From: Scyliorhinus canicula
Taxonomy: Eukaryota
Length of the DNA stretch: 64,000 nt
Assembly: GCF_902713615.1 (NCBI RefSeq)
Contig: NW_024055461.1
Location: 4,102,940 to 4,166,939 of the forward strand
Reading direction: 5' to 3'
Shown: piece after piece, positions 22,746 to 34,149 of the stretch
Layout of the letters: each line of letters begins with the position of its first letter
Numbering within the stretch: position 1 is the stretch's first letter
The notes under the pieces: model-generated
Told to the model about the DNA's origin: nothing
Seen by the model: the letters and a program-made list of their open reading frames with translations, nothing else
Database searches by the model: none
Made by a program: the position numbers and the translations under genes

Positions 22746-23246
22746 TCTCTCAGTCCGCAGTAATACACCGGGCTGTCAGACAGCCGCAGCTCCCGGATGC
22801 TGAAATTCCCCTCACTCCTCGAAGTGTCCAGAGATGCTGAAAATCGAGTCCCCACACCCACTGCTCTGGAAACAGCTCCGTAGCTATGGATGTAGATCAA
22901 AAATTTGGGGAATTTCCCCACGTCCTGCCGGTACAGCTGTAAGGAATATGAAGTAGCTGTGGTCGAATAGCTGCAATTGATGGTCAGCGAGTCTCCATCT
23001 CACATTGTCGTTGTAAACGGCTCCTGTGAGACCGAGTCTGCACTCCTAACACCTGCAGAAATTTACAAATACAGGACTTTATTTTTTTTATTATCACGAT
23101 GTTATCACGTTAACGGAATACATTGCAAAAGTAGGCGAGACACATCTAAATGGTTAATTTCCATATCGGTAACACGAGCAAAGTTGGGAACTTACCAGTT
23201 AAGGGAGCTGCAGCTGCGAGCAATGTGTAAAATATAAAGCCAACAT
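22746..23246 (-). pseudogene. V pseudogene
   Basis: Leader 23196-23246 (51 nt, out of phase). Exon from 23052 GVRSADSVSQEP..M*DGDSLTINCSY...LQLYRQ (Trp41>Leu)...DSPVYYCGLRD; TGA at 23000-23002. Confidence 0.92.
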
Positions 23247-23360
23247 GTTCACAGAGCTGGTGGTGGATTTAAACAAAGTGAGTTAAAGCTGAATTGTTTC
23301 AGATACCCTCCGTATACACAGGATCTGCTCAGTCGAGGAGGAGCGTAACAGACATATACA

Positions 23361-24436
23361 GATGCTGAAAGATTCCCTCGTACGAACGGGTTATGGCGCT
23401 CGACTCATCGATCGACAGTTCAAATGAGTCACAGCAAAAAACTGCACCAACCTCCTCAGAAGGCAAACACGGGACACAACCGACAGAGTACCCTTCGTCG
23501 TCCAATACTTTCCCGGAGCGGAGAAACTACAATATTTTCTTCGCAGCCTTCAACACGTCATCGATGAAGATGAATATGTTGTCAAGGTCATCCCCACACC
23601 CCCACTACTTGCCTTCAAACAACCGCGCAACCTCAAACAAACCATTGTTTGCAGCAAACTACCCAGCCTTCAGAACTGCGACCACAACACCACACAACCC
23701 TGCCATGGCACTCTCTGCAAGACGTGCCAGATAATCGACATGGATACCACCATTACACATGGTAACACCACCCACCAGGTACGTGGCACATACTCTTGCG
23801 ACTCGACCAATGTTGTCTACCTCATACGCTGCAAGAAAGGATGTCCCCAAGCGTTTTACATTGGCGAGACCATGCAGACGCTGCGACAATGAATGAACGG
23901 GCATCGTGCGACAATCACCAGGCAGGAATGTTCCCTTCCAGTCGGGGAACACTTCACCTGTCAAGGGCATTCAGCCGCTGATCTCCGGGTAAGCGTTCTC
24001 CAAGGCGGCCATCAGGACACGCGACAACGCAGAATTGCCAAGCAGAAACTGATAGCCAAGTTCCGCACACATGAGTGCGGCCTCAAACGGGATCTTGGAT
24101 TCATGTCGCATTACATTCACCTCCCACCATCTGGCCTGGACTTGCCAAACTGTCCTGGCTTGAGACAATTCACACCTCTTTAACCTGTGGTGACCCCTTC
24201 CTCTGGATCTGTAAAGACTTAATTACCTGCAAATACTCGCATTCTAAGCATTGTCTGGCATCTTTGAATTTGTCTATATATATATATATGTTTCTGGAAC
24301 ATACCTCTGCATTCACCTGAGGAAGGAGCTGCCCTCCGAAAGCTAGTGTTTGAAACAAACCTGTTGGACTTTAACCTGGTGTTGTAAGATTTCTTACTGT
24401 GCTCACCCCAGTCCAACGCCGGCATCTCCACATCAT
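23361..24436 (+). mobile_element. Penelope-like element, 3' fragment (GIY-YIG)
   Basis: GTYSCDSTNVVYLIRCKKGCPQAFYIGETMQTLRQ*MNGHR (GIY-YIG), with a pLTR-type tail shared with 52140-52258. Confidence 0.88.
24314..24348 (+). ncRNA. Minimal hammerhead-ribozyme-like motif of Penelope pLTR
   Basis: CAC-CTGAGGA-A-GGAG(ctgcc)CTCC-GAA-AGCT-A-GTG: core boxes, stem II, palindromic stem III and short stem I. Confidence 0.55.
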
Positions 24437-25132
24437 TGTTTCAGATAAGAATTGATAAGCTGTTGAGTAATATCCCACCTCTCTACTGATTCGTTCATTC
24501 CTGCCAGAATGTGGAGATGACACCCAATCATCCCTCAGCTCTTATGTCCTACCTTTCAGCCAATCAGCTCAGAGTGACTTTGTTCCTCCATGACGTCAGA
24601 GCAAGGAACCTGGAATCACATGAAACTGTTCTCAGAACAATGAACCGAACAGAATATCATGAGAGAGTAAGAAACAGGAGCTGCAGTGGACCATTTGCTC
24701 CTTCACTTGGGCCTGCTCAGCCATTCAATAAGATCATGGCTGATCTAACTCACATCCACCTTCCTGCACTATCGCAAAAATGTCGTATTTGCCTTAATAT
24801 CGCAGATCATTTGGAACCCTCCTTCAATAAACTGAGCGACTGAACAACTAAGTTCCTAACGGGCATTATCGGGGTTAATAATTAAAGTGGGGCACGGATT
24901 GGTTACAGTTCATGTTTTTCCGATAACAGAACGAGTTCCCCATTCAGAGATCAGCTCGGAGACCAGGAAAACCACCGTAAATCGGGATTTTACACAGAAT
25001 GAAAAACATTCAGCACCAGAGAAAGAGATCATCTGGGCAAGCTGTTATTTCTAATATAGTTTTGTTTGTACTAACAGTTCACAATTCATGCCTCAGATCG
25101 GATTCAGTGAGAGGAGGTGAGAGTGCCTTGCC

Positions 25133-25171
25133 GGTTTTTGTACGAAGTGACTGTGTCTGTGTAACAGTGTG
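25133..25171 (-). other. 23-RSS
   Basis: CACACTG (25165-25171) - 23 bp - ACAAAAACC (25133-25141). Confidence 0.93.
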
Positions 25172-25608
25172 GGTCTCAGAGCACAGAGATACACGGCGGA
25201 GTCAGAGACACGGATCCCGGTGATATTTAAAGGAACGGTTTTCTTATCTTGGTCTAAATCAGCAGAAAACCGGTCTGGGAAATCGGAAGTCCCTTCTCCA
25301 GTCCCCGTGCTATATTTCTTCAGTAGATATCTCGGAGTTTCGCCGGAATACTGGATGTACCAGAAGAGAGTTTGGCCAGTGACATCCGTATTGTAACTGC
25401 AGTTCAATATTGCCGTCTGTCCTTCCTGAACCGGTAATTCAGGCGGCTCCTGGGAAACTGAATCTTGGCCACGGGTTCCTGTAACAAGATATAGAATGTG
25501 TCAGAAATCTGGGAGGAAATATAACCCATGAAACAACATTGAGGAATTGAGCTCAGACTCACCGGACAGCAAGACCATTATTGTCAGAAAAGCACACAGG
25601 GAGCACAT
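25172..25608 (-). CDS. TCR alpha/delta-like V segment, intact (leader 25563-25608, V exon 25172-25478)
   Basis: MCSLCAFLTIMVLLS|gtgagt...ttacag|GTRGQDSVSQEP...AILNCSY...LFWYIQYSGETPRYLL...DFPDRFSA...SDSAVYLCALRP. Confidence 0.94.
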
Positions 25609-26356
25609 GGTTCTTGACGGGACAGTAAACAGCGGCACTTTTTCAAATATGTTGCTGCGTCGAGCCTAATATCAAAGAGTAAACTCTGATCAATTCCTGG
25701 AAACTGAGAGGCGTCTCTCAGTGCTGCGATTGGCCGGTCTCTCAGCTCTGACGCCAGTTGTGGACCAATCACTGTTAGCTGGGGAATGATTGCGGCTGGT
25801 TCTCTCCAATCACATTCCAACCCTGGCTGTGCGTTTTGGTCTTTCTCACTCACTTTCTCTGCGTCACATTATCAGCCATTCTGCTTCTTTCTCCGTTTAA
25901 ATAGTTTTGCTTCGATCTCAGTGTTTACACCCTTCCTGAGGAAGATATTTGTCTCTAATTATGGTGAAAGGTTAAATAAATATCTTATAATCAGTCAAGT
26001 GCCATCCAGTGCATGAAATATAATGAATAATTATTGAATTAAAGTTACCCGGGATAAATAGTCACCCAATTCCACACCAAGATGCGTTTCCACTGGGGTC
26101 CCTTGTACCGGTAAAGTACTGATTTCAGTCAGTATTTATTTCTGCCCTAGGGAATTTAGAATGTGACAACTCTGAAATTAGATAACTTTTAAAAGGTGCC
26201 GCCTGATATGTTGTCACCTGATCTAGAACGTTTAAAGTTACAGATATATTCAGTTATTCACCCGCGAGACTTGCAGGTTTGTGCGAATGAGGTCGGAAAA
26301 TTATGGAATCTGATCCTGGAGTTAGAAACATGATACATTTTCCAACAGCAACAATC

Positions 26357-26394
26357 AGTTTTTGTATGAGCCCGCCGGGCCCTCATTCACTGTG
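26357..26394 (-). other. RSS with 22-bp spacer
   Basis: CACAGTG (26388-26394) - 22 bp - ACAAAAACT (26357-26365). Confidence 0.9.
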
Positions 26395-26877
26395 GGTCTC
26401 AGCGCGCAGTAATATACGGCGCTGTCTGTCATCTTCAAATCTGTCATGGCCAAGTGAAAAGTGCTTTGTGTCGGGTTGAGTTTCCCGCTGAAGTGTTCAA
26501 AGCCGGGAGCCGTCTCGTTAAACCCAGAACTATCGGCTCTGAGCAGATACTGGGGAGCTCGGTGTGGATACTGGCGATACCAGAACAGGCCATAGCTTGT
26601 AGCTGAACTCGATACCGAGTAACTGCAGGGTATTGCTGAACCTTCACCCTCTTCTGCTTCCACTCTTTGTTGTACCTGGGAAATTGAGTCTCCCTTACTC
26701 ATCCCTGAAAATCAACAAAAGGCACAAAGCGGGTTAGAAGGAGTAACGTCACGAGGAGGAGTACCAGGACATGGAAATACGAATAAATTTGGGAATTGGG
26801 GGATTTCGACCAGAGGTTCAATTTAACAAACCTGTGGTCAGGACAATAACCAGAGACAGGCAGAGTATCAGCCCCAT
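26395..26877 (-). CDS. TCR alpha/delta-like V segment, intact (leader 26832-26877, V exon 26395-26704)
   Basis: MGLILCLSLVIVLTT|gtttgt...ttttcag|GMSKGDSISQ...IPCSY...LFWYRQYPHRAPQYLL...TDSAVYYCALRP. Confidence 0.94.
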
Positions 26878-27066
26878 GGTTCGTGTCTGAACTCCAGAAA
26901 CAGAGACAGTTTTCACTGGCTGTATCAGACCTGTAATTGGAGAAGATGAAAGAGATAGGGAGATGTTATGAGGTCTAATCCGATTTCTTCGCCCCGCCCA
27001 CTTTCACGACTTAAAACAGTCGCTTCCTCTGGAATGAGTTGGTGATGTTTGAGAAGTGATCAGAGA

Positions 27067-27080
27067 GCGCCCTCCTGTGG
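27067..27080 (-). promoter_or_regulatory. CTCF-like motif in V promoter
   Basis: CCACAGGAGGGCGC on the minus strand, 190 bp upstream of the ATG at 26877. Confidence 0.7.
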
Positions 27081-27410
27081 ACAGTAGAATCGTCTATTGG
27101 AAACACACACGGCCATGTGCAAAGACATGTACGTAAAACATCCATACAGGCATGCACAGACACTGAAATAAATTCCAACAAGTGTTGACTTGATTTTCGA
27201 TTACATATTAGTCTGAATTGTCAACGATCAAAGTAAGTGAATAGGTCCACCTCCCGTGTTCAGCAGCAGCCTCGTTTACAACACAAAATCAACACAAACA
27301 TAGACACAGAGACACGTAAACACAGTGATAGATCCCCAAACTGATCTCTCAAACAGACACACAGCCAACCACTAAAGTAGATAAGCAACCAGATTAAGAC
27401 AGCCATAGAA

Positions 27411-27764
27411 ACGGTAGCATTGTGGATAGCACAATCGCTTCACAGCTCCAGGGTCCCAGGTTCGATTCCGGCTTGGGTTACTGTCTGTGCGGAGTCTGCA
27501 CATCCTCCCCGTGTGTGCGTGGGTTTCCTCCGGGTGCCCCGGTTTCCTCCCACAGTCCAAAGATGTGCGGGTTAGGTGGATTGGCCATGCTGAATTGTCC
27601 GTAGTGTCCAAAATTGCCCTTAGTGTTGGGTGGGGTTACTGGGTTATGGGGATAGGGTGGAGGTGTTGACCTTGGGTAGGGGGTAGGGTGCTCTTTCCAA
27701 GAGCCGGTGCAGACTCGATGGGCCGAATGGCCTCCTTCTGCATTGTAAATTCTATGTTCTATGA
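27411..27764 (+). mobile_element. HE1/V-SINE-like SINE
   Basis: Near-identical to the copy at 1140. Confidence 0.9.
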
Positions 27765-28892
27765 AGCACAAAAGAGAAATACCGTCAGAGACACTATCAA
27801 ATTTCATGGACGTTTCAGAATGAGCTTTCTAAAATGGAATTCCCTGAGGTTGTCAGTGTGGTAATGTGTTAGATAGTAATCCTGGGATGTATTTCTCATT
27901 GACCATGAGGATCGATTTATAAAAACGACTATACTGAGGACTCTTTTGGTGAAAAGGTTTGAATGGATGGGTTTATATTTTGCAGACAAGCACATTCTGG
28001 GTGTATCCGTGATGTGAATGAGGCCGGTGAGGAAAGGATAGAAGTTGCACCCATTCCCGAGGTCTAGGATCGTATTTCAGGCACAGATGTTGACAGCACA
28101 AGAAGACTGTTTCCATGGGCGGCCGGGAAGTGTGGTTCACGCGGACAGCGCCAATGTTCACAGGCAACTCATTGAAATCCCATTGTTGTTTTGATGCAGA
28201 AAGTCTCAATTATTATATGAGTTAAAGGGGACCCGTCAAATTCTTCTCATTCTGACTGTAAATTGGACATTCTGAATTCTCCCTCTGTGTGCCCGAACAG
28301 GCGCCGGAGTGTGATGACTAGAGGCGTTTCACAGTACCTTCATTGCAGTGTTAATGTAAGCCTACTGTGACACTAATAATGATTATTGTCGTGAAATGAA
28401 GCTAAAGCGTTAAGAAGGGATGATGTGGAGTCGAAATTAATACTACAGAGTAGCAAATGTTTATTTCCTTTTCAAGCAATGGAAATAATTAATCAGGATT
28501 TTAAGTTTGGTTAATTTCACTTCAGGTTTAGGTTATTAGGTCCATTCAATTGCTCAAATTTCAACATGTGGTTCCCATAGCTGCACATTCCTCCGTTCAA
28601 CTAAGGTAATCAGAAAAATAAATTAACAGCAATTGACGCACTTTGCCATTTAGCTGCCTTTAACCTACACTAATCTGCAATTAGCTGCAATTTAAATGTT
28701 GGGACCACCAGCGAAAGCGATGAACTGGCACATCAGTGGAAATGCTTTGTTGATAAATTAAGCCGTGCGAGGATTTATTAAGGGCAAATTGTGATTAATT
28801 AAGTTGCTTACATTTTCTGATGAGAAGCAGAGATGGTTGATCTGAGTATTGCTGTTGATGAACTTCCAAATAACATTTGATAATGTGCTGCA

Positions 28893-28906
28893 GCGCCACC
28901 TTGTGA
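28893..28906 (-). promoter_or_regulatory. Orphan CTCF-like motif
   Basis: TCACAAGGTGGCGC(TG) on the minus strand; no clear V adjacent. Confidence 0.45.
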
Positions 28907-29513
28907 GCAACAATGGAGCTCCTGGGGTAAAATGGGCAGCAGCAAGATCGAAAGGAAATTTCCAGGAAACAATTAACAGTGTAGACCAGCTGTTTTTCGG
29001 AGTGAAGGGAGATTTGTAGTGAACGTTCCAGGGATCAGCATTGCGGCATTTTATATGACACATTAATGACCTGAACCTTGTCTGAGAGGGGCGATTTTCA
29101 ATATCTATGGATGATATGAAATGTGACAACATTGCGAACCATCGGTCGGATAATGTACAACTTCAAAACAACAAGAACAGGTTTGTGGAATGGGCGGGAA
29201 ATTGGCAGATTAAATTTAGTGCAGAAAAGTGTGAAATAATTCAAATGTCCTGCAGAATGCAGAAAGGCAAAATAAAATAAAAGGAATAATTCAGGATCAG
29301 AGGGAGCTTTGACAAAGGGTCATCTGGACTCGAAACGTTAGCTCTTTTCTCTCCTTACAGATGCTATAATAATATTCACTGTCACAAGTAGGCTTACTTT
29401 CCAATGAAGTTACTGTGAGAATTGCCAGACCTGCTGAAATTTTCCAGCATTTTCTCTTTTGGTTTTTGATTCCAGCATCCGCAGTAATTTGCTTTTATCA
29501 GAGAGACCTGTAT

Positions 29514-29831
29514 GCAGCACGGTATCATGGTGGTTAGCATCAATGCTTCACAGCTCCAGGGTTCCAGGTTCGATTCCGGCTTGGGTCACTGCCTGTGTGG
29601 AGTCTGCACGTCCTCCCTGTGTGTGCGTGGGTTTCGTCCGGGTGCTCCGGTTTCCTCCCACAGTCCATAGATGTGCGGGTTAGGTGGATTGGCCATGTTA
29701 AATTGCCCGTAGTGTCCTAAACGGGTGTTGGGTTACGGGTATAGGGTGGATACGTGGGTTTGAGTAGGGTGATCATTGCTCGGCACAACATCGAGGGCCG
29801 AAGGGCCTGTTCTGTGCTGTACTGTTCTATG
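29514..29831 (+). mobile_element. HE1/V-SINE-like SINE
   Basis: V-SINE core; similar to the copy at 15423. Confidence 0.9.
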
Positions 29832-29859
29832 TATCTGTTGATAAATTACTGATGAGGGT

Positions 29860-30480
29860 AGGACAATTGTAAGACCGGTCATTAAAACAATTAAAGGGAA
29901 TTATCAATGGGTAATAAAATACAGAGGAAAGGACGTTATGTTAAACTTGTATTAAATCCTGAACCCACTGAACTGAAGCATTGTGGGTATCACACTGAGG
30001 GGAGAATGTGAGTCATTAGGGTTGGTGCAGAAAATGCTCACGGGAATGGGTCCAGAGATGAGCAATTTAATCGACGAAGATAGATTGGACAAGTTGCGAC
30101 TATTTCCCTTGACCATCAGGTTACGAAGTGATCTGACGGAGATATTCAAAATCATGAGGGTTCTAGACAGAGTCGATATGGAGGAACTTGTCCCACTGGT
30201 GAGAGGGCCGAGTACCTGAGGTCACAGATTGAAGGAATTGGGGAAATAAGCATGGAGACATGAGGACAAACAGTTTCAACCAGTGAGTGGTTAGGACGTG
30301 GACCGGACTGTTCGTTTGTGTGGTGGTGGTAGGGTTTATTGATGCTTTCAAAGCAGAATTAGATTATAATCTCAAAAAGAAAAACAGTGCTAGACTACGG
30401 GGAAAATAATGGCATTCCGCAAATTGCATCATTAGAGGGCCGACGCATATATGTCTGTCCAAACGGCCTTCTTCTCTACT
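29860..30480 (+). mobile_element. Decayed CR1 3' fragment
   Basis: RLDKLRLFPL..RLRSDLTEIFKIMRVLDRVD (ORF 29983-30219). Confidence 0.75.
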
Positions 30481-31074
30481 TTAAAGGGAACGGCAGTGGA
30501 TTAGCTGGCATGTCACTGGGCCAGTAATTGAGATGCCCAGCCCCAGTCACTGAGGCCGTGTTCAAATCCTGCTGCAGCTGACAGTGTGCTTGAAAAATGC
30601 AAATAGAATGGCCCTGTAACTTACCAGGTAACATGGTGAACAAACGCTAGCCTTGCCTGTGAGGGCCACATCTAATGAAATATATTTTTAAAATCAATAA
30701 CTGCAATAGCAAGGTTTTGCCAGTTGATGGCAGTGACACCGTGATTGCTGACATTACATGAAGCAGAGAATTTCTCAATTGTGACTGCCAAGGACCCTGG
30801 ATACTGTCTCTTATATTAGGTTAGGTCAGGTTCCTGATTTTATGACAGCAGTTCTCAGTTGTTACTGTGGTCAATCTCAGCTGTTAACATGATAAACTAA
30901 GGCCCATTTTATATTACACTGTGTTGAGGAGGTTACGATAGCATGCAATCGGTTTTTATAATGTCCATGTCTGAATTGTTACTTCAGTAGACTCAACAGA
31001 TACTAACCAGAACTAGCTCCTGTTTGTATTACCTGAGGCATTGGTACAGTTATTGCTTTACCTGAAGCTGCCAC

Positions 31075-32010
31075 GTTCCTCAGGGTAGTGGTCTGGTCCC
31101 AACCATATCCAGCTGCTTCATGAATGGCCTATTGTCCATCACAAGGACAAAAGTGAGGATGTTCGCTGGTGACTGCGCAATGTTCAACACCGTTTGTGAC
31201 TCATTAGATGCAGTCCATGTCAGAATGCAACAAGATCTGGACTATATTCAGGCTTGGGCTAACAAGTGGCGTGCAGGCAGTGGCCCGATCTCACAAGAGA
31301 AGATCGAGCCATCTCCCCTTGACATTCAATGGCATTACAACGGAATCCCCAGTATTAACATCCAGGGGCTGCCGTTGACCGGAAACGGAACTAGTGAACT
31401 CGCTGAATTAGCCGTATAAATACTGTTGCGAACTGAACAGGTCAAAAGCGAGGAATTCTGCCGCAAACAACTCACTTCCTTACTCCCCAAAGCCTGTCCA
31501 CCATCTACAGGGCACAAGTCAGGAGTATAATGGAATGTTCTCCACTTGCCTGGATGAGTGCAGCTCAAACAACACTCGAGAAGCTAGGCACCATCCAGGA
31601 GAAAGCAGTCCGCTTGATTGCTAACCCTTCCAAAAACATTAAATCCCTACGCACTGCCGAATAATGGCAGCTTTCTGTCCCACATAAAAGATGCACTAGA
31701 ACAACTCAACAAGGTTCCTTCGGCAGCACCTTCCAAACCCACGAGCAGTACCTTCTGGAAGTATAAAAGCAGCAGACACCTGGGATCACCATTTCCTGGA
31801 GGGTCCCCTTCAAACCACTCACCATCCTGACTTGGAAATACAGTATATCGTCGTTCCTTCACTTTGGCTGGGTCACAATGCTGGATTTCTCTCCCGAACA
31901 GTTCTGTGGTACATATACCTCAGGAACTGCAGCAATTTAAGAAGGAAACTCACCTTCTGAAGGGCAACTAGAGATAGGACAGCAATGTTGACCTAACCAG
32001 CCATGCCCCA
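31075..32010 (+). mobile_element. Decayed non-LTR RT 3' fragment (L2/CR1 superfamily)
   Basis: VRMFAGDC (decayed FADD)...QQDLDYIQAWANKW; related to 38344-38960. Confidence 0.75.
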
Positions 32011-33399
32011 ATCCCATCAATGAATTAAAAAATACAGTGCAGTGATAACAGAGACAAGGCCTGGCCCAATATAGACAGATATATATGCGAAAGTAGTGAT
32101 CACACGAACTTGTCAAGAGAGCAATAAAAATTGATACATGGATTACGTAGGTATATGAAAGACAGCACCTGATCTAAATTGGAATAAGCCTGTATTAGTG
32201 TTGTTATAATCGTAAAAATACTTTGTACAATGATGATTGGAATAGGTCAAAATAACAATACAGGAAACAGACTATTAGAACCGATAGGGACACCGTTTAC
32301 AGAAATAATAATAATAATTGTTACTATTATGATAAGTAGGCTTACATTAACACGGCAATGAAGTTATTGTTAAAATCCCCTGGTCGCCACAGTACGGCGC
32401 CTGTTCGGGTACACTGAGGGAGAATTCGGAATGTCCAATTCATCTAACAAGCATGTTAATAATAATTGCACTAATAACAGAGAATCAGAGCATTAAAACC
32501 TGAATGGCAGTTAGACTATTAGTTTAACCATCACGTAGATAACGTCTTTGTGTCCACCCTTATTGCATACTGACTTTAAATGCACACAGTACAGTGATTG
32601 GTGCATTTTTCAAAATTGCAACCTGCAATCGACCGAGTCGGATGATGAAGTACAGTCAATCAAACTTGGGTATGAAGTAACCATGTGTGTGTGACAGAGA
32701 GACAGCGCCTATTGATATCAGAGCAAATGGTTCGGCGCCTCATGATATATCAGATTTCCCCCCAAATTCTTAATTACGGAGTCAAGCGCCGTTCCAGTAT
32801 GAACTGGATGAAGTTAGTGTGATGGTAATGATAAACGAAAATGCTGGAATTGTTCTGCATGTCATGCAGATTCTGAGATGAGCAGAGTCACGTTTCATGC
32901 CAATGATGGAATATCAGCCCCAAGTTCATCGGCCTGAAACGAACTGCATTTCTCTCTGAAAATGTGACCGCCAGCGTAACACATCTGGCAGCACTTCTGT
33001 TGCTGAGCTGTTTGACCTGCGTTCAAATTCCACTCCAGGATTTGTTGACCATGGAAGGAGTGTTCGTGCAACTGAAACAGATTATTGATCAGCCTCCAAA
33101 ATATCCTTCCACCTCCCCGCACCTTCCTCCGTGGGTGGAAATAATGTGAATGTACGAAAAACAAATTGATTTTCTATCCACTTTCTGGCCTGCTGAGACT
33201 TTCCAGCAGTTTATGTGTTTATTTTAGATTTATGGTACCTGTAGTGTGTTATATTTGTATTAGGTCTTGTCGGCTTTAACATGTTAGTGACGCTCTCACC
33301 CGTGATTCTCAATTCTCACGGTGTTAGTTTAGATTAAATTCCTTGTTTTTGTCTTCATTATTTTCATATACACAGCTGGATTGAGGGAACTATTTGACC

Positions 33400-34056
33400 A
33401 TAAGAATTAAGAACAGAAGTCGGCCATTCAGCCCTTCAAGCCCGCTTCACCATTGAATATGTTCAGATTCATGGCTCCTCGAACACTCACGAAATCCACA
33501 TTCAAGCGTAAAGTCTGTAAACTTTTATTCACTTCCTGAATAAAAACCTTTCGATCTCAGCATTGAAAATGGTCAAGGACTCTGTCTCCACAGCTTCCTG
33601 GGGTGACGAATTCACAAGATTCACCACTCTTTCAGAGAACAAAACCTTCCACAAATCCGGCTTATTCTCAGTCTCTGCCCTCTGGGCAGACACTTATCCC
33701 ATGAGTGAAAACATCCTCCCGACATGCACCCTATCTCACCCCCCTCAGAATCTAAAGGGTGAACGACAGAGCAACTCTGAACAATCTCTTCATCCAGCGA
33801 AGGACGGGTTCGTGGGACATCATACTTTTATGAATTTAAATCCCCCACTTTCTTCTTTCCAATTAAAGGTCCTGTAGCGTGGCCAATCCAACACTGTGCA
33901 GATCATTGGGTTGGAGGTGGGGGGGGGGGGGGGGGTGGGCTCAGACAGACACGGTGAGAATGTGTAAACTTCACACAGACAGTGACCCGGGGCCGGGATC
34001 TTACCCGGATCCTCAACGCCGTGAGACAATAATGCTAACCACTGCGCCACCGTGCC
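33400..34056 (-). mobile_element. CR1 3' fragment plus HE1-like SINE
   Basis: cataagaatt...ggccattcagccc tail at 33400 and SINE head at ~33870-34056. Confidence 0.7.
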
Positions 34057-34149
34057 GCTCTCCTGGGACATCAATGATGTTTGTCATTCCTTCCAACTTC
34101 GAAAAAACAAACATCTTCGCTCTCCTTGGATTTGTGAAGTGATTTACAA

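Noticed and set aside
160-23246. Pseudogenes as gene-conversion donors
   Set aside because: Most carry many stops and indels and are highly diverged from the intact genes, unlike the conserved donor pseudogenes of chicken Ig loci; not testable from germline sequence alone.
27321-27359. Isolated CACAGTG as a D or V RSS
   Set aside because: The best nonamer matches only 5/9, there is no coding segment, and the context is CA-rich.
29310-29345. Third hammerhead-like motif
   Set aside because: Core decayed (TTGACAAA instead of CTGANGA).
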